The translations under genes were made by a program, and so were the position numbers. The notes beneath the pieces were generated by a model. The model was not told where the DNA came from. It saw only the letters and a program-made list of their open reading frames with translations, and did no database searches. Below, piece by piece: positions 1-6,816 of a DNA stretch of 24,000 nt. Position 1 is the first letter of the stretch; every line of letters starts with the position of its first letter. The stretch comes from an uncultured Candidatus Saccharibacteria bacterium. Lineage in GTDB: Bacteria; Patescibacteriota; Saccharimonadia; Saccharimonadales; JAGQNJ01. The DNA lies in the NCBI GenBank assembly GCA_964610345.1, contig CAZSVQ010000004.1:7570-31569 (forward strand). The letters run 5' to 3'.

Positions 1-175
1 CTTCTTTGCGAGCAAAATTACCAATTCGCGATTCTGAAGTTTTTTCTTGAGAATTTGCTGAAGAATAGCCATCCTTTACGTGACTACTTTCAGCACTACG
101 ACGCATTCTACCTCGCATCAATCCATCTACATTACTAGTATTAACTACACGTTTTGGCTTTCGGAAATTATCCAT
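1..175 (-). CDS. N-terminal fragment (58 codons) of an unidentified protein; the gene continues beyond the left edge
   Basis: Not in the ORF track. The reverse-strand ATG at 175-173 opens a stop-free frame to position 2: MDNFRKPKRVVNTSNVDGLMRGRMRRSAESSHVKDGYSSANSQEKTSESRIGNFARKE. The N-terminus is basic and low-complexity, and no family is recognisable from this fragment. Confidence 0.4.
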   Translation of the reverse strand, partial: MDNFRKPKRVVNTSNVDGLMRGRMRRSAESSHVKDGYSSANSQEKTSESRIGNFARKE

Positions 176-246
176 ATGACGTGCTCTTAAGTATAGCGGT
201 TATGTCGAATTTATCAAAACTATTCTGAACAAAATTTTTATGGCTA

Positions 247-275
247 TTTAAAGATGTTTGAAGTATAGTTATAGT
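247..275 (+). promoter_or_regulatory. candidate sigma70-type promoter of lepB (TTTAAA, 17 nt, TATAGT)
   Basis: A -10-like TATAGT sits at 270-275, with a tandem copy at 264-269, and a -35-like TTTAAA sits at 247-252. The first ATG (282) lies 6 nt after the -10 and has no purine-rich SD. Confidence 0.3.
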
Positions 276-281
276 TTGAAT

Positions 282-977
282 ATGCCAGAAATTAAATCTT
301 CAACACCATACGATTATTCGGGTCCACCACCAAGTTCAACCCCTCAACCAGAATCACCCGGCCAGCAAGTAGATGAGTCTCAGGATAATGATTCTCAAAA
401 ATCTAATTCAATTCGTAATATCATATCTACTGTCGCCCTGTTCTTGGCCGCACCACTTCTTGCACTATTCTTGATAGTTTTTGTTATCCAATCTTACGAG
501 GTTGATGGGCCAAGCATGCAAGAGACATTGCAAAATAAAGATTTATTAATAGTTAATAAGTTAGATCGCACACTATCTCGCATAACCAGAAAAGACCATA
601 TTCCTCCACGTTACCAAGTTATTATCTTTAGTCGTGACGAATCTGGTGGGCTTGGTGGTGGTAATGTTCGTCAGTTAGTTAAACGAGTAATCGGTTTACC
701 GGGCGAACGTGTCGTAGTAAAAGATGGTCATGTAACGGTTTATAATAAAGAAAATCCAGGTGGCTTTGACCCTGACAAAGGCCATGAATACAGCAAATCA
801 ATCAAAACCACCCCTGGTAATGTTGATATTACTGTACAGCCTGGTGAAGTCTTTGTGTTAGGTGATAACCGAACAAATTCGTTGGATTCTCGATACTTTG
901 GGTCTGTAGATGCAGGTGATGTTGTAGGAAAACTTGGCCTGCGAATCTTCCCTCTAAATAAAGCGCGATCTTTTTAA
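282..977 (+). CDS. lepB: signal peptidase I (S26 family)
   Basis: The track ORF 258-977 begins at TTG, and the first ATG is 282. The protein has an N-terminal TM segment (IISTVALFLAAPLLALFLIVFVI), the catalytic Ser box GPSMQETL, the Lys box KRVIGLPGE and the GDNRTNSLDSR box. Confidence 0.9.
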   Translation: MPEIKSSTPYDYSGPPPSSTPQPESPGQQVDESQDNDSQKSNSIRNIISTVALFLAAPLLALFLIVFVIQSYEVDGPSMQETLQNKDLLIVNKLDRTLSRITRKDHIPPRYQVIIFSRDESGGLGGGNVRQLVKRVIGLPGERVVVKDGHVTVYNKENPGGFDPDKGHEYSKSIKTTPGNVDITVQPGEVFVLGDNRTNSLDSRYFGSVDAGDVVGKLGLRIFPLNKARSF

Positions 978-1834
978 TTAATCAGCGTTCTTGTTATTCG
1001 TTCAAGTTCCTCATCATTTTTAAAAAATACCTCCAATTTGCCACCCTTGGCTGTTCGTTTTATAGACACTGGGGTGTTTAAAAACTTAGCTAGTTTTTCA
1101 GTCTGTTCATTTTCAGTGGCCATATGTTTTTTAACAGATTTTATAAAATTTTTTTCAGTTTTCTTGCTTACCGTTACATATTGTTCGGCTTGTCGGACCG
1201 ACCAACCAAACTGCAAAATTGAATCCAGCAGCTCAGCTTGCATGTGTGTGTCATCCTTAAGTGCTAGAATTGCCCTAGCGTGACCTTCACTAATCTGATT
1301 TTTATATAGCGCAACGCGGGCATCTTCTGGCAACTGCAGTAAGCGCACGGTGTTATGAATTGTCGGCACAGCCTTACCTAATTTTTTAGCAATTTCACTA
1401 TAACTTAGGCTAAATTGATCATGCAAGCGTTCAATGGATTGAGCCTGCTCCAGAGGAGACAAATCAACTCTCTGGACATTTTCAATTATCGCTACCTCTA
1501 ACTCTTCTATTAGTTGCATAGAGCGCACAATTGCTGGCACCTCTTTTAGTCCAGCAATTCCAGCCGCTCGCCACCGACGTTCCCCTGCAATAATTCTATA
1601 CCTATCGCCATTTTTAGTAACAACTAGAGGCTGAACTATGCCGTGGTTTTTTACTGATGTAGCAAGCTCATTTAGGGCTTCATCATCAAAATGCTTGCGT
1701 GGCTGATCTGGGTTTGGTTCTATATGGGTTATTGGAATTTTTTGTACCTTTTCATTATTCTCTAGAATACTTCCATCAAACTCTTTTGGAATCAACGCAT
1801 CTAGCCCCCTACCTAACCCTGATTTAGTGCTCAT
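974..1834 (-). CDS. parB: chromosome partitioning protein ParB
   Basis: The protein has a GLGRGLDALIP N-terminus, the ParB box GERRWRAA and a central HTH region. It overlaps parA by 11 nt, and its stop codon shares the TTAA at 974-977 with the convergent lepB stop. Confidence 0.93.
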   Translation of the reverse strand: MSTKSGLGRGLDALIPKEFDGSILENNEKVQKIPITHIEPNPDQPRKHFDDEALNELATSVKNHGIVQPLVVTKNGDRYRIIAGERRWRAAGIAGLKEVPAIVRSMQLIEELEVAIIENVQRVDLSPLEQAQSIERLHDQFSLSYSEIAKKLGKAVPTIHNTVRLLQLPEDARVALYKNQISEGHARAILALKDDTHMQAELLDSILQFGWSVRQAEQYVTVSKKTEKNFIKSVKKHMATENEQTEKLAKFLNTPVSIKRTAKGGKLEVFFKNDEELERITRTLIN

Positions 1835-2579
1835 GATTATCTATCTCCTTTGCGAGTGCTTTGTATGCCCTGGCGCCCCGTGACCATTTATCATGATCTA
1901 AAATAGTCTTACCGTGACTTGGCGCCTCAGCTAAGCGTACATTTCTTGGGATAACCGTCTTAAATAACTTTTGACCAAAATGCTTTTGTAACTCCTTATA
2001 TACACTGTCAGATAATGAGGTTCGGCTATCATACATTGTAACTACAACACCCAGTAGCTCTAGGCTTGGATTCAATCCTTCTCGGACGCGCTGAACGGTA
2101 CTTAACAATTGTGTAAGCCCTTCTAAAGCATAATATTCTGCCTGAACCGGAATCAACACTGAATCTGCTGCAGTCAACGCATTTATACTTAAAAGCCCTA
2201 GTGATGGCGGGCAATCTATCAATACATAATCGTGCGATACATGAGCCAGGGCGTTTTTAAGCCTTAATTCACGGCCATTTCCTGACACAAGCTCAACCTC
2301 TGCGCCGGCTAGTTCTGCATTAGCTGGGACCAAAGAGACATCTGAATGATCTAAATCAATTATAGCCGTACTTATCAATGCCCCGTTAACCAAAATGTCA
2401 TAAGTTGTTACTTCGGCATTTTTTGACTGTCCAAGCCCACTGGTGGCGTTGGCCTGAGGGTCAAGATCAACGACCAAAACCGATCGACCCATTTTTGATA
2501 AGTATGCAGCAATGTTAATAGTACTGGTTGTTTTACCAACACCGCCCTTTTGATTTAGTACTGCAATTATTTTTCTCAT
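1824..2579 (-). CDS. parA: chromosome partitioning ATPase ParA/Soj
   Basis: The protein has the deviant Walker A KGGVGKTT, VVDLDPQANAT and the DYVLIDCPPSLG Walker B region. It sits immediately upstream of parB. Confidence 0.95.
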   Translation of the reverse strand: MRKIIAVLNQKGGVGKTTSTINIAAYLSKMGRSVLVVDLDPQANATSGLGQSKNAEVTTYDILVNGALISTAIIDLDHSDVSLVPANAELAGAEVELVSGNGRELRLKNALAHVSHDYVLIDCPPSLGLLSINALTAADSVLIPVQAEYYALEGLTQLLSTVQRVREGLNPSLELLGVVVTMYDSRTSLSDSVYKELQKHFGQKLFKTVIPRNVRLAEAPSHGKTILDHDKWSRGARAYKALAKEIDNHEH

Positions 2580-2643
2580 GCCCTCTTTTCACTCTTTAGG
2601 GTAGCATTTTCACGCACTACTATCAATGCTAGACATAATAAAA

Positions 2644-2663
2644 ATCCCCCCCACTAGAGGGAT
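2644..2663 (-). terminator. weak intrinsic terminator candidate after rplU
   Basis: The minus strand reads AUCCC-UCUAGUGGGG-GGGAU followed by UUUUUAUUAU, directly after the rplU stop (2669-2671). The stem is short (5 bp). Confidence 0.35.
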
Positions 2664-2668
2664 ATTTT

Positions 2669-2980
2669 TTAATTAGTTGTGATTTTGTCTATTGTGATTG
2701 TGGTTAAGACTTGTCTATGGCCGTGTACTTTATGGACACGCTTTTTAGCTTTGTAACGAATTGAGGTAACTTTGTCAGCCTTTGATTCTTCAACAACTTT
2801 TGCCGTAACTGTAGCACCCTTTATTTCTGGGGTGCCAACGCTTGTTTTGTCACCATCTATTACTAGTAGTGGGGCAAAGTTCAGTTTCTTGTCTTCACTC
2901 TTAATACGCTCTACTTGGAGCGTTTCACCTTCTTTGACTAAATATTGTTTGCCACCTGTGGCAATAACTGCTTTTTTCAT
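2669..2980 (-). CDS. rplU: 50S ribosomal protein L21
   Basis: MKKAVIATGGKQYLVKEGETLQVERI... is a typical L21 N-terminus. The protein is 103 aa and has a basic C-terminal half. Confidence 0.95.
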   Translation of the reverse strand: MKKAVIATGGKQYLVKEGETLQVERIKSEDKKLNFAPLLVIDGDKTSVGTPEIKGATVTAKVVEESKADKVTSIRYKAKKRVHKVHGHRQVLTTITIDKITTN

Positions 2981-3058
2981 TTATTCTCTTATTTACTCTG
3001 TTAAGATTTAAAGTTACCAAACAAGTTTAACAGATAAGCCCCCTTCTGTAAACCCTCA

Positions 3059-5920
3059 TTAAGTTACCTTTTTTAATTCAATGAATAGTTCTGCTTTTTC
3101 AACAATGACGGGCAATTTGCTGTTACTCTTGTCGGCATTAACTATTACAGTTGTTGCTAGGGTTTCTTTGGCGATTTCTGCCTTGTATTCGATTATCGCC
3201 TTTTCTAGCTCAGTATCTTTGGTGCTAAGCACCAGCTCTATCCGGTCATCTACATTTAGCCCCGCTGTCTTACGAGTATTTTGAACTTGGCGAATTACCT
3301 CACGCATCATACCCTCACGCCTAAGCTCTGGTGTTATATCTAAATCTAATTTAAACTTTCCAGTTTTTACTGATTTTACATTCAATTCTTCTTGTAAAAT
3401 ATTATCAAAACTAAATATTTTGCCGTTATCTGGTATTGATACCGATTTTAACGGTTGACGTACTTTTATTTGATTATTTGCCCGTACACTCAAACCTTCA
3501 TTAACGTATACCCTTAAGTTTTGCATGTCAGCAACGACAAGCTCATTTACATCCCCAGCTTTTGGCCAGTCTAGTAAGTGAACTGACTCACCGCCTGTTA
3601 GTTTTATAAACAATTCTTCTGCCAAAAACGGCGTAAATGGCGCCATAACCATACTTAATTGGGTTAATACATAATGCAGGGTGCGGTAGGCATCGTTTTT
3701 GTCGGCATCGTCTCCACTCTTCCAGAATCGTCGCCTACTCCGGCGTACATACCAATTGCTAGCGTCATCAATAAACGGCAAAATTGGACGAACAGCATCA
3801 GCTAGCTGATAATTATCCATATTTTTTTGAACTTCTTTAGTCAACTGGTGTAATCGACTAACTATCCATGTATCTAGTGGATTGGTTAGCTTATTCGAGG
3901 GGTCGATTAAATCACCGTCGAACTCCCAGTTGTCGACTTCGGCGTACATTGTAAAAAAGTCATACATGTTCCAAATCATGCCTAATTTACGAGCAACATC
4001 ATTTAGATCTTTATCTTGAAGTACAAAGTTGTCTCCACTGGTTAGCGGACTACTCATCAATGTAAAGCGATAAGCATCTGCCGAGACTTTATCCATGAGC
4101 TCAACTGGATCAGTATAGTTTTTGTGTTTTTTACTCAACTTTCTGCCATCCGATGCCATTACAAAACCGGTACAGATCAAATTTTTATAAGGTGACCTAC
4201 CAAACAAAGCTACATTTACAGCCGTTAAGCTATAAAACCAGCCCCTTGTCTGATCGATCGCCTCAGTAATAAAATCAGCCGGAAAGCCCTGTTCAAATTT
4301 AGCTTTATTTTCAAACGGATAATGAAATTGAGCAAACGGCATAGACCCGCTTTCAAACCAGCAGTCCAGCACCTTGCCAATGTGACGCATCTCAACACCA
4401 TCACATTCAAAAGTTACATCCATCACCATTGGCAGGTGGTAATCGTCCAATTTTTTGCCGGTTTCTTTAGCAAACTCCTCATAACTACCAAAAACTCGCA
4501 CCACCTCTGTTCCATCAGTGCGGACACCCTTCCAAACCGGAATCGGCGTTGCCCAGTAACGGTCTCTGGATAAGTTCCAGTCTGGTGCTGATTCAACAAT
4601 ATTATGGAATCTACCTTCTTGTAGTGCTTTTGGCACCCACCTGGTTTTGTCAGTTGCGCTTAACATTTCGTGTTTTTGAGCTTGAATATCCATAAACCAA
4701 CTAGGATGAGCCCGGTACATCAGCTTTGTTCCGCAACGGTGGCAATGCGGATAATCGTGCTGAATATATTCAACCTTCAGAGCTCGACCCTCTTTTACAA
4801 GTGTTTTGGCTATCTCTTTATTCACTTCCCAAATATTTTGGCCAAGCCATCGCCCTTCGGTATAATGACCGTTTTCGTCAACTATAGACACAACTGGGAT
4901 GCCGGCTTTTTTACAAAGCTCATAATCTTCCTCACCATAAGCTGGTGCTTCATGAACAATTCCTGTGCCGTCTTCGGCAGTTACAAAATCTGCCTCTAAA
5001 ACAACATGAGCATCTGGGCCGCGGTTTTCAAATAGTGGGCTGTACTTTAGGCCAATTAGCACTTTGCCATGTATAGTTTTTAGCACTCTATACTCTAGTG
5101 GCTGGTGTTTTTCGTCTGTTAGTACTTTTTTTATTGCATCGGTTGCAATATAAAATTTCTTATCATCATACTGCACTAGCGAGTATTCAATTGCCGAGTT
5201 AACAGCAATCGCAACATTAGCTGGTAATGTCCATGGCGTAGTTGTCCAGGCTAATAAATACTCATCTGTATCTTCTATCTGAAAGTACACAAAAACACTT
5301 GGGTCGGTGTCTGTTTGATAACTATTTTCCATCGCCACTTCACTTTTACTAATTGGAGTAGCGTCTTTGGTGCAATAAATTAGGATTTTCTCGCCCTCAT
5401 AAATTTTGCCGGTTTCGTACAGCTCTTTAAACGCCCACCAGACCGACTCCATATACTCGTTATCCATGGTTTTATATGCACCTTTAAATTCTACCCAACG
5501 GCCAATGCGGTCTATTGTGTCTTCCCACTCGGTACCGGTTTTGACCATTGCCGCTCTGCAAGCATTTACATAGTCTGTGATGCTAATTTTTGTGCCGATT
5601 TCTTTTTTATTTTTAATGCCTAGTTGGTTTTCTACAAACACCTCTGCCGGCAATCCATGACAATCCCAACCCCACACACGTTCCACGCGCTTACCTTGCA
5701 TTGTTTGATAACGCGCAACTGTATCTTTGATTGTAGATACCAACAAATGACCGTGATGTGGTGTGCCAGTCAAAAATGGAGGGCCATCATAAAATACAAA
5801 GTTATTGTTTTTTGGCCGATTTGCAACTGATTTTTCAAATGTCTTGTTTTTTTGCCACTGCTTAATTAAATCTATCTCGTATTCAATTGCTCGTCTTCGC
5901 GTCCCTGATTTAAACTTCAT
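3059..5920 (-). CDS. ileS: isoleucyl-tRNA synthetase (type 2, eukaryote-like architecture)
   Basis: The protein has YDGPPFLTGTPHHGHLL (HIGH region), a WDCHGLP editing-domain context, the KLSKKHKN (KMSKS) motif and no C-terminal Cys cluster. The track start is 5932 (MEIKMKF). I prefer the ATG at 5920 because GGAG lies 6 nt upstream and this ATG overlaps the upstream TGA as ATGA. Confidence 0.95.
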   Translation of the reverse strand: MKFKSGTRRRAIEYEIDLIKQWQKNKTFEKSVANRPKNNNFVFYDGPPFLTGTPHHGHLLVSTIKDTVARYQTMQGKRVERVWGWDCHGLPAEVFVENQLGIKNKKEIGTKISITDYVNACRAAMVKTGTEWEDTIDRIGRWVEFKGAYKTMDNEYMESVWWAFKELYETGKIYEGEKILIYCTKDATPISKSEVAMENSYQTDTDPSVFVYFQIEDTDEYLLAWTTTPWTLPANVAIAVNSAIEYSLVQYDDKKFYIATDAIKKVLTDEKHQPLEYRVLKTIHGKVLIGLKYSPLFENRGPDAHVVLEADFVTAEDGTGIVHEAPAYGEEDYELCKKAGIPVVSIVDENGHYTEGRWLGQNIWEVNKEIAKTLVKEGRALKVEYIQHDYPHCHRCGTKLMYRAHPSWFMDIQAQKHEMLSATDKTRWVPKALQEGRFHNIVESAPDWNLSRDRYWATPIPVWKGVRTDGTEVVRVFGSYEEFAKETGKKLDDYHLPMVMDVTFECDGVEMRHIGKVLDCWFESGSMPFAQFHYPFENKAKFEQGFPADFITEAIDQTRGWFYSLTAVNVALFGRSPYKNLICTGFVMASDGRKLSKKHKNYTDPVELMDKVSADAYRFTLMSSPLTSGDNFVLQDKDLNDVARKLGMIWNMYDFFTMYAEVDNWEFDGDLIDPSNKLTNPLDTWIVSRLHQLTKEVQKNMDNYQLADAVRPILPFIDDASNWYVRRSRRRFWKSGDDADKNDAYRTLHYVLTQLSMVMAPFTPFLAEELFIKLTGGESVHLLDWPKAGDVNELVVADMQNLRVYVNEGLSVRANNQIKVRQPLKSVSIPDNGKIFSFDNILQEELNVKSVKTGKFKLDLDITPELRREGMMREVIRQVQNTRKTAGLNVDDRIELVLSTKDTELEKAIIEYKAEIAKETLATTVIVNADKSNSKLPVIVEKAELFIELKKVT

Positions 5921-6534
5921 TTTGATCTCCATGTTGAATCTTTTATGTCTTTTAATCTCTTTCCGTTATAGCTCCAGTAAGCCGCACCCTGATATGCTCC
6001 ACTTGAATTAAGTTGTCCTTTATCCTCATATACTTTATAAGTCAAAGGAGATAATTTCCAATTTTGACCCCCATATTCAACTTCTCGATCACCCGATACT
6101 TTAGCTACTATACTTTTATCGGAGATTAATTCAATTATGTCACCATCTTTCAGACCTATTTTATAAAAACTAAACAAGGCACCTTGTTTTCTGGTTTGAG
6201 TTATCTTGTCGAACTCATTTTCTTTATTAATTCTTTCCGGAAAAATTACTTTACCTTCAAAAGATATTAATAATTGTCTGGCTAGATCTTGATCTAGAGC
6301 AAACAATTCACTACTCCCGACTTGATGTTTATTAAAAATTTCATGTATCAGATCTTCTTTGTCGTCATAATCATTCAACTCAATTGCAAAAAATCTTTTT
6401 AAGCCAGCGACATTATAATATCCGTTAGACTCAAGAAATCGCATTCGATCTTGATAGTTTCCAGAGCCTGTTTTGCCAATTTTAATTAAGCCCGAAACAG
6501 CCGTTGTCATAATATAAACTATTCCTTTTGCCAT
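5917..6534 (-). CDS. T5orf172 / GIY-YIG-superfamily domain protein with an uncharacterised C-terminal domain
   Basis: The track ORF runs to 6621, but the ATG at 6534 has AAGGAG 10 nt upstream and begins MAKGIVYIMTTAVSGLIKIGKTGSGNYQDRMRFL. That matches the G-I-(V)-Y ... KIGKT ... R pattern of T5orf172/GIY-YIG N-terminal domains. The C-terminal ~70 aa (FSFYKIGLKDGDIIELI...WKLSPLT...YWSYNGKRL) are an unassigned small domain. I counted 197 G+C in 594 nt (33 percent) for 5941-6534. Confidence 0.8.
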   Translation of the reverse strand: MAKGIVYIMTTAVSGLIKIGKTGSGNYQDRMRFLESNGYYNVAGLKRFFAIELNDYDDKEDLIHEIFNKHQVGSSELFALDQDLARQLLISFEGKVIFPERINKENEFDKITQTRKQGALFSFYKIGLKDGDIIELISDKSIVAKVSGDREVEYGGQNWKLSPLTYKVYEDKGQLNSSGAYQGAAYWSYNGKRLKDIKDSTWRSK

Positions 6535-6564
6535 ATTAAAAGCACTCCTTTTACAACTTAAATT

Positions 6565-6780
6565 AAAAACACTTCTCTTAGATATCGGAATCCTCTTGTA
6601 TTTTAACGAGGACGGTACCATCCGATTTCTAAAAGAAGCGTTCTGTGTGATTCTTTTAGCACTTATTTACAAGCTATTACGGGCTTACCCGGCAAGGTCT
6701 ACTAATCTTACTAGGATGTTCTTCTTGCTGCTTCACGGTTGATAGCCGTTAATTTGCTGTTTTAAGCAAAACGCATTTAC
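6565..6780 (-). promoter_or_regulatory. T-box riboswitch leader with Ile (AUC) specifier and ultrashort Stem I
   Basis: Minus strand 6626-6584 reads AUCGGA|UGGUACC|GUCCUC-12 nt-GAGGAU|UCCGAU, which gives helix A1, a 7-nt bulge and helix A2. It matches AGGGUGGNACCGCG at 10 of 13 positions. Stem III is CUAAAAGAA-13 nt-UUCUUUUAG (6659-6629). The specifier hairpin is ACGG-CUAUCAA-CCGU (6749-6735) with AUC+A in the loop. There is also an F-box-like CCGUAA (6682-6677), and ileS lies downstream. Confidence 0.8.
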
Positions 6781-6786
6781 GCTTTT

Positions 6787-6816
6787 ATAATAACATATAC
6801 AGAGGTGGTTGAGCAA
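6787..6816 (-). promoter_or_regulatory. candidate promoter of the T-box leader (TTGCTC, 18 nt, extended -10 TGtTATTAT)
   Basis: On the minus strand, TTGCTC is at 6816-6811 and TGTTATTAT is at 6795-6787. The predicted start near G6780 is just upstream of the leader structures. Confidence 0.45.

Noticed and set aside
974-977. Overlapping convergent stop codons of lepB and parB (TTAA read as TAA on both strands).
   Set aside because: The overlap is real but is a trivial consequence of genome compaction. No hairpin or other signal is associated with it.
2607-2614. parS-like sequence near parAB (TTTTCACG upstream of parA), plus a CACGTG-centred 16-mer inside infB at about 21506-21521.
   Set aside because: Only one half of the TGTTTCACGTGAAACA palindrome is matched at 2607-2614. 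The infB site matches about 12 of 16 positions and is intragenic. No convincing full parS was found in this window.
3030-3049. The hairpin ACAGA-AGGGGGCUUA-UCUGU after the ileS stop, considered as an intrinsic terminator.
   Set aside because: The stem is only 5 bp with a 10-nt loop, and the 3' flank (UAAACUUGUUUGG) is not a proper U tract. It is too weak to call.
6535-6621. The 29-codon N-terminal extension of the T5orf172 ORF in the track (MVPSSLKYKRIPISKRSVFNLSCKRSAFN, start ATG 6621).
   Set aside because: That ATG is the AUG inside the GGAUGGUACC T-box bulge, and the extension runs through helix A2, A1 and the U tract. The ATG at 6534 has a strong AAGGAG SD and begins exactly at the conserved GIVY motif. 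The extension is an accidental open frame over the riboswitch.
6680-6735. SRP RNA-like (GAAGCAGC) and RNase P-like (GGGCTTACCCGG / CGGCUUA-like) strings in the 6535-6816 gap.
   Set aside because: The flanking sequence does not form the SRP domain IV symmetric loop with a GNRA tetraloop. No GAGGAAAGUCC-type RNase P element is present, and the gap is too short. The region is fully explained by the T-box model.
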